DNA of 64,000 bases, from the NCBI GenBank assembly GCA_037446835.1, contig JBBIHV010000004.1, positions 832 through 64,831 of the forward strand, given 5' to 3'. Made by a program: the position numbers and the translations under genes. This stretch comes from Sunxiuqinia sp. GTDB lineage: Bacteria > Bacteroidota > Bacteroidia > Bacteroidales > Prolixibacteraceae. Each line of letters opens with the position of its first letter. Positions within the stretch are counted from its first letter, which is position 1. The notes beneath the pieces were generated by a model. That model was not told the DNA's origin and ran no database searches. It worked only from the letters and a program-made list of their open reading frames with translations. This document shows positions 1 through 9,265 of this stretch, piece after piece.

Positions 1-54
1 AAAGTTCAAGTCGAAATGATGAGCGATATCCTTAAACGGCTTGAAAAGTTATAG
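1..54 (+). CDS. C-terminal fragment of a CDS running off the left edge (possibly DUF1003 family)
   Basis: Open frame KVQVEMMSDILKRLEKL-stop from base 1; resembles the tail of Bacteroidota DUF1003 proteins from memory; only 17 aa visible. Confidence 0.35.
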   Translation, partial: KVQVEMMSDILKRLEKL

Positions 55-104
55 GCCACAACCCGAATTACGTTGATAATCATTAAATTTTAAGCCGACA
101 AAAG

Positions 105-986
105 ATGGCTGCACGACTTCTGGTTTCCATCTTCCTTCTCCTGACCAGCATTGGCCCTGTTCGTTCGCAGAATGCGAAAGACTTTACCAACCGTACCTTT
201 CTGGAACGAATGAACAACGATTCGTCGTACCTGAAATTGAAGAAGAAGGTGGTGAACGAATATGTTCATGCACAACCGGGCCAGTGGGGCGAATTTGTAA
301 ATGGCGTTTACGAGGATTTATACACAAAGCAAAAAATCATCGCTTTCACTTTCGACGCCTGCGGAGGAGAAAAAGGCACCGGGTTCGATCAGGAATTGAT
401 TGATCTGCTGAAACGAGAAAAAGTACCGGCAACCTTTTTTGTTACCGGCCGATGGATCGATGCACATTTCACCGGATTTCTGGCCTTGAGCAAAGACACA
501 CTTTTTGAAATCGAAAACCACGGGCTAAACCACCGGCCCGGTTCGATTGATGGTGAAAGTAAATATGGGATCCGCGGCACGGCCAATGCGTCGGAAGCTT
601 TTGATGAAATTGAGGCCAACGCCCGCAAGATTGAAGCGCTAACCGGTCGCAGGCCACATTTCTACCGTTCGGCCACTGCTTTTATTGATGAAGCCTGCGC
701 ACACCTGGCTCACGAACTGGGAATCACGGCAATAAGTTTCCAGGTTCTTTCGGGCGATGCCATTCCCAACACCCCGATTTCGGTAATTGAAGAAAATGTT
801 CTGAAAAACATCAGGCCCGGTGCATTGGTTATTATGCACATGAACCATCCTCAATGGAACACCTGCGAAGCCATGCAAAAAATTGTACCGGAACTCCGGA
901 AAAGGGGTTATCATTTTGCACGGCTTGAAAATTTTAAGCTAACCGATCGCAAGGGGAAACTGCAAGAAACATCACCAATTCATTGA
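105..986 (+). CDS. Polysaccharide deacetylase (CE4/NodB homology), exported
   Basis: Signal peptide; TFDACGG motif 1 variant, ENHGLNH metal motif, RRPHFYRS, VIMHMNH. Confidence 0.85.
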   Translation: MAARLLVSIFLLLTSIGPVRSQNAKDFTNRTFLERMNNDSSYLKLKKKVVNEYVHAQPGQWGEFVNGVYEDLYTKQKIIAFTFDACGGEKGTGFDQELIDLLKREKVPATFFVTGRWIDAHFTGFLALSKDTLFEIENHGLNHRPGSIDGESKYGIRGTANASEAFDEIEANARKIEALTGRRPHFYRSATAFIDEACAHLAHELGITAISFQVLSGDAIPNTPISVIEENVLKNIRPGALVIMHMNHPQWNTCEAMQKIVPELRKRGYHFARLENFKLTDRKGKLQETSPIH

Positions 987-1056
987 ATTTCAGCAACTGC
1001 ATGTTTTTTTTCGGATTAATGCCACGGGGTTGCTGAAAAAAATCATTAAAAAAAAG

Positions 1057-1091
1057 TAGGGTAATGCCGATCCTGTTCGGATATAGGGTAA
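1057..1091 (+). promoter_or_regulatory. Direct repeat TAGGGTAA x2 upstream of lipoprotein gene; candidate ECF-sigma promoter or operator
   Basis: TAGGGTAA at 1057-1064 and 1084-1091, 40-75 bp upstream of ATG 1131; function is inference. Confidence 0.3.
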
Positions 1092-1130
1092 AATGTCATT
1101 TATTAAACGCTCATTAATTTCTTAAAGAAC

Positions 1131-2168
1131 ATGAAAACAACAATTAAAGCATTACTGGTGATCCTCACCTTCGCATTTTTCTCGTGCCAGAAAAGTAGCC
1201 AACTTTCCCCGGCAGCAATAACAACAACTGATTTGACTGCAACACAATTAAAATCGGCAACCATTACCGTAAATGACGCGGCAGTTCAAAATGTTTCGGA
1301 AGAAGCAAACTATGAAACCTATTTTTATTCGGAGTATGAACACATGCTAAGGCAACTTGCACGAGTCAGGGGCCGGCATGGCAACCTGATGGACGAACAC
1401 AGCATGATGCACTACCTTGCAAGCCAGGCTCCGGTTTTAACGATCGACACGGCAGCTACCGGCTACCCGATTACAATCACGGTTGATTATGGAACCAATA
1501 CCGAAACCATGAACGGACGAAAAATAAGCGGAAAAGTGGTCATCGCAATTTCGGGACCTAAAAATACCGACGGGACTACCCACACCACTTCGTACATTGG
1601 TTGCAAAATCGATTCAGTTGGCATTGATGGAACCACCACCGAAACATTTAACGGCGACAACACAACTACCCGCAAAACGACCATGACCAGCGATATAAAT
1701 TTCACCCTGGCCAATGGAACTGTGGTAAACCGCACTGGCACCGATGTCAGGGAATGGCTTGCAGGTCTCAGTACCCCGCTTGAACGTTCAGACGACAAAA
1801 TTCAGGTGACAGGAACAACTACGGTAAAATACTCAACCGGCGACACTTACACCAGATTGATAACCAGTCCGTTGCTTATCCTGGGCGATTGCGCCAACCC
1901 GGTTCAGGGAATTATTGATTTCAGCAAAAATGATACGCTGATTTCTGAGCTGAATTATGGAGATGGCACCTGCGACAATCTGGCCACAATGACAACCAAC
2001 GGCGCTACGGTTGACATCACCCTGAAAGACCACGGTATGCCAAAAGCAAAAACTGAAGGCGAGCACATGGGTGCAGGCAAAGGCAAAGGCAACGGCAACG
2101 GCATGGGAAATGGAACAGGCAACGGCACGGATACCAGTAACGGTATGGGAAATGGCATGGGCCATTAA
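1131..2168 (+). CDS. Lipoprotein of unknown function, Thr-rich, with Met/His motifs and a Gly-Asn-Met repeat tail
   Basis: Lipobox (AFFS-C); internal RHGNLMDEHSMMHY; C-terminal HMGAGKGKGNGNGMGNGTGNGTDTSNGMGNGMGH. Confidence 0.75.
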   Translation: MKTTIKALLVILTFAFFSCQKSSQLSPAAITTTDLTATQLKSATITVNDAAVQNVSEEANYETYFYSEYEHMLRQLARVRGRHGNLMDEHSMMHYLASQAPVLTIDTAATGYPITITVDYGTNTETMNGRKISGKVVIAISGPKNTDGTTHTTSYIGCKIDSVGIDGTTTETFNGDNTTTRKTTMTSDINFTLANGTVVNRTGTDVREWLAGLSTPLERSDDKIQVTGTTTVKYSTGDTYTRLITSPLLILGDCANPVQGIIDFSKNDTLISELNYGDGTCDNLATMTTNGATVDITLKDHGMPKAKTEGEHMGAGKGKGNGNGMGNGTGNGTDTSNGMGNGMGH

Positions 2169-2227
2169 AAAAACACTGACAATGCGATGTTAAACGGAAA
2201 ATAGATGTAAACAATTGGTGGAATTCA

Positions 2228-2261
2228 GACAGGGAGCCGCTGAAAAGATGGCTCTCTGTCA
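2228..2261 (+). terminator. Hairpin downstream of lipoprotein gene
   Basis: GACAGGGAGCC...GGCTCTCTGTC inverted repeat; no strong U-tract. Confidence 0.45.
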
Positions 2262-2466
2262 GGAGTTTCCGATTTCGTTCTTTCATGCACCGATCGCACC
2301 ATTGAATGCAACCAACCGTCCGGCGTTCCCCGTCCACATTCCGAAACCCGCATCCCGCAACAATTTCATGCGTCGTTCATCTCGTTTCCAAATTTTCTTT
2401 TATCCTGAAAAACATTTCCTTCACACAACCGTTCATCTATTTCATACAGATGAAAATCATACAAAC

Positions 2467-3021
2467 GTGAAGAAAGAAGAGTTCAGGAACTTGTTCGAAA
2501 CCTACTTTGTGGAAGTCAGGAAATACATACTCTACCGGTGCGGAAACGAAGACGTTGCGACCGACATTTCACAGGATACCTTTCTGAAAATTTGGGAAAA
2601 GCAAATCTCGGTTGATCCAAAAACGGCAAAAGGGCTGTTGTTCAAGATTGCAGGCGATTTGTATGTTTCGCAGTATCGGCGCGAAAAGCTCGCCTTCAAC
2701 TTCTTCAGTACATTCAAACCCGATCATAAAAGTACAACTCCGGAAGACGAAATCCATTTTCAGGAGTTAAAAATGGCCTACGAAGCAGCTTTAAAATCGA
2801 TGCCTGAAAAACAGCGCACGGTATTCCTGATGAACCGGATTGACGAATTGAAATACAAAGAAATAGCCGATCAGCTGGATTTAAGCGTGAAAGCAATTGA
2901 AAAACGGATGAGCCAGGCTCTCGAACATTTAAAAATACATTTGAAAGATAAAATTTCCGGCTTAATCTTATTCGTTCTTAGATTGAGTTTGAAACGGATC
3001 AAAACTGAAACAAACAGGTGA
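2467..3021 (+). CDS. ECF RNA polymerase sigma-70 factor (FecI-like)
   Basis: Region 2 (DISQDTFLKIW) and region 4 (VFLMNRIDELKYKEIADQLDLSVKAIEKRMSQAL); start re-assigned to in-frame GTG 2467; stop overlaps the fecR start (GTGA). Confidence 0.9.
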   Translation: MKKEEFRNLFETYFVEVRKYILYRCGNEDVATDISQDTFLKIWEKQISVDPKTAKGLLFKIAGDLYVSQYRREKLAFNFFSTFKPDHKSTTPEDEIHFQELKMAYEAALKSMPEKQRTVFLMNRIDELKYKEIADQLDLSVKAIEKRMSQALEHLKIHLKDKISGLILFVLRLSLKRIKTETNR

Positions 3022-3890
3022 CACAAAACAGCAAACATATTGACCTGACAGCCGTTGACCGTCAAAGCAAAGCTTTCTTTTCAGGAGGAACATTTGTTTG
3101 GGAAAGAAGTGAAGCTGAAATCTGGGCAAATATCAACGCATGGATTGATGTGCGGCCAAAAGGCCGGGTTTTGTACCTGAATTTCGCCGCCGCCAAATGG
3201 ATTGTTGCCGCAGTTGTTGTCATTTTCTTTGCTCTGGCCAGTTTCATGCGTTTTTATACTGCCGGGATTGAAACCCCTGCCGGACAACATCTTGAAGCCA
3301 TGCTTCCGGATGGATCGCAGGTTAACCTGAATGCAAAAAGCTCGATCAGCTACCATCCGTACTGGTGGAAAATAAACCGGGAAGTAAAACTCGAGGGGGA
3401 AGCATTCTTCCAGGTTCAGAAAGGAAAAAAATTCACGGTTGCCTCAAACAAAGGAACCACACAGGTTCTGGGAACCAGTTTCAACATTTTTGCCCGCGAA
3501 GATGTTTACAAAGTAACCTGCATTACCGGAACCGTAAAAGTTAAATCCAGCCAGGGGTTTGAGGCGGTTATAAAACCGAACAGCAAAGCGGAAGTGCTTG
3601 CAAATGGCAAAATAAACGTCCAAACCAACATCGAAACCTTTCCGGAAACTTCTTGGAAAAAAAACATATTTATTTTTACAGCGGCCCCGGTTGTTGCGGT
3701 GTTTAAAGAAATTGAACGTCAGTACAATGTGGTGATTGAAGCACAACCCGACAATGGGATTCTTTATACCGGAAACTTTAACAAAGACCAAAATGTTGAA
3801 TATGTTCTGGATTATGTTTGCCCGGCCCTCGGTTTAAAATATATCCGGAAAGCAAACGGCAGTTATCTCATTATCAGGAGGAATGAATGA
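3018..3890 (+). CDS. FecR-family anti-sigma factor
   Basis: Single TM helix, then LPDGSQVNLNAKS, LEGEAFF, VLGTSFNI FecR motifs; follows ECF sigma. Confidence 0.92.
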   Translation: MTQNSKHIDLTAVDRQSKAFFSGGTFVWERSEAEIWANINAWIDVRPKGRVLYLNFAAAKWIVAAVVVIFFALASFMRFYTAGIETPAGQHLEAMLPDGSQVNLNAKSSISYHPYWWKINREVKLEGEAFFQVQKGKKFTVASNKGTTQVLGTSFNIFAREDVYKVTCITGTVKVKSSQGFEAVIKPNSKAEVLANGKINVQTNIETFPETSWKKNIFIFTAAPVVAVFKEIERQYNVVIEAQPDNGILYTGNFNKDQNVEYVLDYVCPALGLKYIRKANGSYLIIRRNE

Positions 3891-6505
3891 TCAGACAACT
3901 ACTGATATCGATACTTGTTTTCATGCTGCCGGTATTTGGGTCGTCCCAGAACCGGGGCATAAAAGTGGAAGCCGCCAACCAGCCGCTCAATCGGGTACTT
4001 TTGCAGTTGCGCGAGCAGTACGACTTTCAGTTTTCGTACAGCGATACCGAACTTTCACAATATACGGTTACCGTTTCCAAAACTTTCTTTTCAAAAGAAG
4101 AAACGCTCAGGTTTCTCTTCGATGGACTTCCATTCCAGGTAAAAAAAACTGGAGAGGTATTTATTATCATTCCTGAAAAAAAAGGCTTGAAAGAAGCTCC
4201 GAAAAAAGGGCACACCCACATTACCGGGCAAATTATTGAAGCAGGTTCGTCGGAGCCACTCCCCTATTCGCAAATCCTGATCAACAACCACCCGCTTTTT
4301 GCCGATGTCACCGGAAATTTCAATTTTTCAGCCTCGGCCGACAGCACTTTCCACGTCCGCATTTCGCACCTGGGATATTATATTTTCGACACGCTGGTTT
4401 ATGCCGGGTTCAGCAAAAAGTTCAGGCTGATCCCGGCAACCTTGACCCTTCCCGAAGTCCTTGTCAGGAACAATGACGTTGAAAGGGCAACAATGGTCGG
4501 CGAAAAACCCGGAAAAATTACCATCAACTCGAACATTGCACGCTTTCTTCCGGGGCAGGGCGACAATTCGGTTTTCAACCAAATCCGCCTGATGCCCGGA
4601 ATTCAGGCAGCAGGCGAACAGTCGAACGACGTGCTGATTTGGGGAAGTTACGAGGGCCAGAGCCTGATAACTTTCGACGGGTTTACCCTGTTTGGTTTAA
4701 AAAACTACAACGATAACATCAGCGTTGTCAACCCGTTTCTGGTTAAAAATATTGAGATCCTGAAAGGTGGTTTTGAAGCCAAATACGGCGACCGCGTTGG
4801 TGGGATTGTGAACATCACCGGCAAAAACGGGAACACAAAAAAACCGGTTTTCAGCCTGAACATTAACCCCACGACCATAAACGCAATGGCCGAAATCCCT
4901 TTATTCAAAAAATCATCGCTGTTGGTGGCTTACAGGCAAACTTACTACAACCTATACAATTCAGGCGATTTCAATATTTTTGCCCCAACACGCTCACTTC
5001 CAAAAAATCATGGGAACTCCGTTAACCATCACTCCATCGCGTTCGATATGGAAGTTTTCCCCAACGATTATCAGTTTAGGGACCTGAACCTGAAATACAG
5101 TTTCAATCTCAACAACGGTGACCAGTTTTATGTGAGCCTGTATGGTGGCGGCGATCATTTTAGTATGGATGCCGCGGCCAACATTGTTCGTGAAATGAAT
5201 GGAAAATCAATGATGATGAACCCAACTCCCCTGACAGTCAGCCTGCTGAACAAGGAAGAAAACTGGCAGCTCGGTTTTTCGGCATTCTATCATAAAAAAT
5301 GGTCAGACAGGCTGCTGACCAAATTCGTTGTTTCGCATTCCGATTTTTCGAAAACCAGTTCAGATTCTGTGCAGTCGGTAAATTCAACTACCTACAACCT
5401 TTACAGCAACGAACGGATGCGAACCAGAAACACCGCCAGTGAAAATTCACTGCGGATTGAGAATATCCTGAACTTTTTAAACGGCCACCAGCTCGAATTT
5501 GGTGGAGGATTTTACAGCAACGAAGCAAAAATTGACCTCAGTGGCAATTTAACCGGAAACTTGCCAATCAACACACTCGACCAATATTTAAACCAGCGGG
5601 GCTACGCCTACGTTCAGGATTATTTACCGCTTGGCGACCGTCTGATCTTGAAATCAGGAGCGCGAATAAACCGGATCACCGGCAAAAACCAAATGATGTT
5701 CGAACCCCGGTTGAGCGCCACGTATAAACTGGCCGAAAATCTGAAAATCAGCGCTTCCTGGGGGCAGTATCATCAATTTATCTTTAAGGTCCCGACCATC
5801 GACATGGGCCAGAACTACACCTATTTATGGATAACCGGAAACCAAAACATCCCGGTATTGAAAGCGGCGCAATGGGTCAGTGAAATCAATTATTCCGAAA
5901 ACAACCTGACAATTAATCTTCAGGCCTATTATAAACCAATCGGCAACATGACTGAACGGGTGTACGAGCAGCGTGTGGTGAAAGGCCACAACTTAAGCGG
6001 CTATTATCCCTATTTCGGCGATGCCAAATCGTTTGGGATCGACCTGCTAGCAAAAAAAGATTTTGGTAAACATTCGGTCTGGGCCTCCTATACTTTGAGC
6101 AAATCGCTCGAACGTTTTGCCCCGCAAAACCAGTCTCTGCCTGATTATTCGCTGGCCCCGCAGGATCAGCGGCATGAACTAAAAGTTGCCGGGCTATTCA
6201 ACATTGGTCATTTTTACTTGTCGGCCAACTATGTTTACGGTTCAGGTTTGGCGATTTTGAAGAAAGTATTTCCCGATGCGACCAATGTAGCCTACAACCG
6301 GGCCGATGCGTCAGCCACCTATAAATTTACCCACAAACAGATTAACGGCGAACTTGGTTTGTCGGTGCTGAATGTGTTCGACACCCAAAACCTGCGGTAT
6401 GCCAACCTCAAAATTTTCAGGCTTACTTCCGATCTGGGCGATTTCAGGGTTTATTCAAGCTCCGTACCTTTCACCCCGGTTTTATTCCTGAAAATGGTTT
6501 TCTGA
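3887..6505 (+). CDS. TonB-dependent receptor with N-terminal signalling (STN-like) domain
   Basis: N-terminal STN-like segment, CarboxypepD-like domain, plug motif IEILKGGFEAKYGDRVGGIVNIT, C-terminal Phe; overlaps fecR stop (ATGA). Confidence 0.88.
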   Translation: MIRQLLISILVFMLPVFGSSQNRGIKVEAANQPLNRVLLQLREQYDFQFSYSDTELSQYTVTVSKTFFSKEETLRFLFDGLPFQVKKTGEVFIIIPEKKGLKEAPKKGHTHITGQIIEAGSSEPLPYSQILINNHPLFADVTGNFNFSASADSTFHVRISHLGYYIFDTLVYAGFSKKFRLIPATLTLPEVLVRNNDVERATMVGEKPGKITINSNIARFLPGQGDNSVFNQIRLMPGIQAAGEQSNDVLIWGSYEGQSLITFDGFTLFGLKNYNDNISVVNPFLVKNIEILKGGFEAKYGDRVGGIVNITGKNGNTKKPVFSLNINPTTINAMAEIPLFKKSSLLVAYRQTYYNLYNSGDFNIFAPTRSLPKNHGNSVNHHSIAFDMEVFPNDYQFRDLNLKYSFNLNNGDQFYVSLYGGGDHFSMDAAANIVREMNGKSMMMNPTPLTVSLLNKEENWQLGFSAFYHKKWSDRLLTKFVVSHSDFSKTSSDSVQSVNSTTYNLYSNERMRTRNTASENSLRIENILNFLNGHQLEFGGGFYSNEAKIDLSGNLTGNLPINTLDQYLNQRGYAYVQDYLPLGDRLILKSGARINRITGKNQMMFEPRLSATYKLAENLKISASWGQYHQFIFKVPTIDMGQNYTYLWITGNQNIPVLKAAQWVSEINYSENNLTINLQAYYKPIGNMTERVYEQRVVKGHNLSGYYPYFGDAKSFGIDLLAKKDFGKHSVWASYTLSKSLERFAPQNQSLPDYSLAPQDQRHELKVAGLFNIGHFYLSANYVYGSGLAILKKVFPDATNVAYNRADASATYKFTHKQINGELGLSVLNVFDTQNLRYANLKIFRLTSDLGDFRVYSSSVPFTPVLFLKMVF

Positions 6506-6666
6506 AAAGATGAACTGAAAATGGTTCTGTGACATATTGAATGGGTCGAAACGCACCCGCTTTATAGGTGCAGCGCACCGAAACATATTTTATACGAAAA
6601 ACCGGCAACGCTTTAATTTCTCACAGTTTCCCGGCAACGAAATACGGCATTATTCCGTTTTCAGCC

Positions 6667-7257
6667 TTATTTCAATTGGTCTTTGAAAATTTTCCTGAAT
6701 TTCTCAAGCTTTGGAACAATCACAAACTGGCAGTAACCCTGGTTGGGATGATTGGCAAAGTATTCCTGATGGTAGTCTTCCGCTTTATAAAAGTGGTCGA
6801 ACGCGGTAATTTCGGTAACCACGGGTTTATTGAATACATTTTCCTTGTTCAATTCAGCCTTGTATTTTTCGGCAATCTCCTTTTGTTCAGGCGAATGGTA
6901 AAATATAACCGAACGGTACTGTGTCCCCACATCGGCTCCCTGACGGTTCAGCGTGGTTGGATCGTGCGTTTCCCAGAAAACTTCAAGCAGTTTGTGAAAA
7001 CCAATCACTTTCGGATCGAAAGTAATCTGAATGACTTCGGCATGGCCCGTTTCACCGGTGCAAACTTCCTGATACGTCGGATTTTTTATTTTTCCGCCTG
7101 AATAACCCGATTCAACCGATTGAACGCCTTTTAAACTACTGAAAATGGCCTCGGTACACCAAAAACATCCTCCGCCAAAGGTTGCGGTTTCTGTCTGGCC
7201 TGAACTTTCGAACTGTGACATGAGCCCTAAAATTAAAATGAAAATAAATCTGGACAT
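6667..7257 (-). CDS. msrA: Peptide methionine sulfoxide reductase A, probably exported
   Basis: GGCFWC active site, [26 protein letters not shown]; start re-assigned to ATG 7257 with a hydrophobic leader. Confidence 0.95.
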   Translation of the reverse strand: MSRFIFILILGLMSQFESSGQTETATFGGGCFWCTEAIFSSLKGVQSVESGYSGGKIKNPTYQEVCTGETGHAEVIQITFDPKVIGFHKLLEVFWETHDPTTLNRQGADVGTQYRSVIFYHSPEQKEIAEKYKAELNKENVFNKPVVTEITAFDHFYKAEDYHQEYFANHPNQGYCQFVIVPKLEKFRKIFKDQLK

Positions 7258-7475
7258 GATTGTCTTTTTTTTCAAAAACAGTCGGGAAGTGAAAAAGTTG
7301 AATCTTCCTGTTTGGTTCATAGATTTTTTCGAGGCGGCATGGAATTTCATCAGGAAATGGTCGTTTGGAATTAGTTGTTTGGAATCGTTTGTGCCTCATT
7401 TCCAAATAACTAATGACAATTTTCCTTATTTTAGTTCAGGGTTGAACGTGGTTGCTCTTGACCATTTTCTATTGG

Positions 7476-7985
7476 TTAAATTTCCTGAAAGGCTGTCCGC
7501 TCAAATTCGAGAACTTCCAGGTCTTTGATGTTTTTCCCATCGATCACAAAACGAACAGCCGTGCAAACCTGATGAAAACCCTTGTTTCCGGCTGCTCCCG
7601 GATTGATGTGCAAAAGCTGAAACTTCTGATCATAAATAACTTTCAGGATATGAGAATGACCACAGATAAAAAGCTGGGGCGATTTTACTTTAAACTGATT
7701 GCGCACCCGCGCTTCATAGTGACCGGGATACCCGCCAATGTGGGTCATCAGCACATCAACTTCTTCGCACAAAAACCGCAAATTTTGAGGAAACATGCGT
7801 CGCACAACATGATCGTCGATGTTGCCATAAACGGCCCTCAAAGGTTTGAAAGCCGAAAGCCGGTCGGCCGTTTCGGCATTGCCAATGTCGCCCGAGTGCC
7901 AGATTTCATCAACCGGTTCAAAAAATTTGAATATTCGCGAACTCAGCGTTGCGTGCGTATCTGAAAGTAAACCAATTCGTACCAT
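7476..7985 (-). CDS. YfcE-family metallophosphoesterase
   Basis: SDTH, HSGD, GNID, GHSH, NPG motifs of calcineurin-like phosphoesterases. Confidence 0.9.
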   Translation of the reverse strand: MVRIGLLSDTHATLSSRIFKFFEPVDEIWHSGDIGNAETADRLSAFKPLRAVYGNIDDHVVRRMFPQNLRFLCEEVDVLMTHIGGYPGHYEARVRNQFKVKSPQLFICGHSHILKVIYDQKFQLLHINPGAAGNKGFHQVCTAVRFVIDGKNIKDLEVLEFERTAFQEI

Positions 7986-8043
7986 GAAAAATGTATTTCT
8001 CAGGCATTAAAAATAGATTAATTTTGTACAAAAACTGCGACAA

Positions 8044-8535
8044 ATGAAAAGGGTAATTATTGTGCGGCACGCAAAATCGGTGCCCTATGGCTACGACAAT
8101 GATTTTAATCGCGACCTGACAGAACGCGGAGAGGCCGATGCAGAAAAAATTAGCCTGAAACTTCAGGAAATGGGACTTCTGCCCGATTTGGTAGTTTCCA
8201 GTCCGGCCACCCGGACGATGCACACGGCTGCTATTTTCTGCCGGACCCTGAAATACAACCAGTCTGCCGTTCAGCAGGAAGAAGATTTATACGACGGATT
8301 GACCACACAGGAGTTTGTTGATTTTCTTCGGAAATTGCCGGAGAAAATGCAAACCATTTACGTTTTTGGTCACAACCCGACCGTTTATTACCTGGTTTAC
8401 AACCTGGTGAAATATTTCAACTCCGACATGCCCACCTGCTCAACCGTTGTACTTGATTTTCAAGTGGATAAATGGGAAGAGGTTTTGGCCCGCGGTGCTA
8501 AAATTGCTTTTCAACTGACCCCTAAAAACTTATAA
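8044..8535 (+). CDS. sixA: SixA-like histidine phosphatase
   Basis: RHAKS, SSPATRT, GHNP motifs. Confidence 0.88.
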   Translation: MKRVIIVRHAKSVPYGYDNDFNRDLTERGEADAEKISLKLQEMGLLPDLVVSSPATRTMHTAAIFCRTLKYNQSAVQQEEDLYDGLTTQEFVDFLRKLPEKMQTIYVFGHNPTVYYLVYNLVKYFNSDMPTCSTVVLDFQVDKWEEVLARGAKIAFQLTPKNL

Positions 8536-8545
8536 GCGTAAGTTC

Positions 8546-9247
8546 ATGCACATTTTTTATACTCCTGAACTCTCCGGAAATTCCTACACGCTCGACGAAA
8601 CCGAATCGAAACACTGCATCAGGGTTTTGCGGCTTCAAAAAGGCGATGAAATTACGCTGGTTGACGGGCGTGGCGGATTTTATTCCGCAGAAATTGAAGA
8701 TCCGAATCCGAAACGATGCACTGTAACCGTCATAAAGTCGGAGTTGAATTTTGGCCTCCGGAATTTTCAGGTCCACATTGCCATTGCACCAACCAAAAAT
8801 ATTGAGCGAATGGAATGGTTTCTTGAAAAAGCTACGGAAATTGGCGTCAACCGGGTGACTCCGCTCTTTTGCCGGTATTCGGAACGAAAGGAAATCAAAA
8901 ACGAAAGGCTCGAAAAAGTCGCCGTTTCGGCCATGAAGCAATCGCTGAAAGCTTATTTACCTCAGTTGGATGAACTCACAAAATTCATTGATTTCATTCG
9001 GCAACCGTTTGAGTGTCAGAAATTCATTGCCCATTGCGAAGAACAGCCCCGCGAATTGCTTAAAAATGTTGTGGAGCCCGGGAAAAACTACCTGATCCTG
9101 ATTGGTCCGGAGGGTGATTTTTCGCCGGAAGAAATTAAGCTGGCGCTCGAAGCCGGATTTCAACCGGTTAGCCTGGGGCAAAGCCGCTTGCGTACCGAAA
9201 CTGCCGGCGTGGTGGCCTGCCACACGTTTAATTTGCTGAATGAATAA
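8546..9247 (+). CDS. rsmE: 16S rRNA m3U1498 methyltransferase
   Basis: HCIRVLRL, EKATEIG, IGPEGDFS, LGQSRLRTETAG. Confidence 0.96.
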   Translation: MHIFYTPELSGNSYTLDETESKHCIRVLRLQKGDEITLVDGRGGFYSAEIEDPNPKRCTVTVIKSELNFGLRNFQVHIAIAPTKNIERMEWFLEKATEIGVNRVTPLFCRYSERKEIKNERLEKVAVSAMKQSLKAYLPQLDELTKFIDFIRQPFECQKFIAHCEEQPRELLKNVVEPGKNYLILIGPEGDFSPEEIKLALEAGFQPVSLGQSRLRTETAGVVACHTFNLLNE

Positions 9248-9265
9248 CGGCTGAGCCTTATCAAT

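Noticed and set aside
2215-2466. 84-codon N-terminal extension of the ECF sigma ORF, and Cys-containing antisense frames
   Set aside because: It overlaps a terminator-like hairpin and has no sigma homology; GTG 2467 gives a normal-length ECF. I translated the antisense frames by hand and found no convincing small protein.
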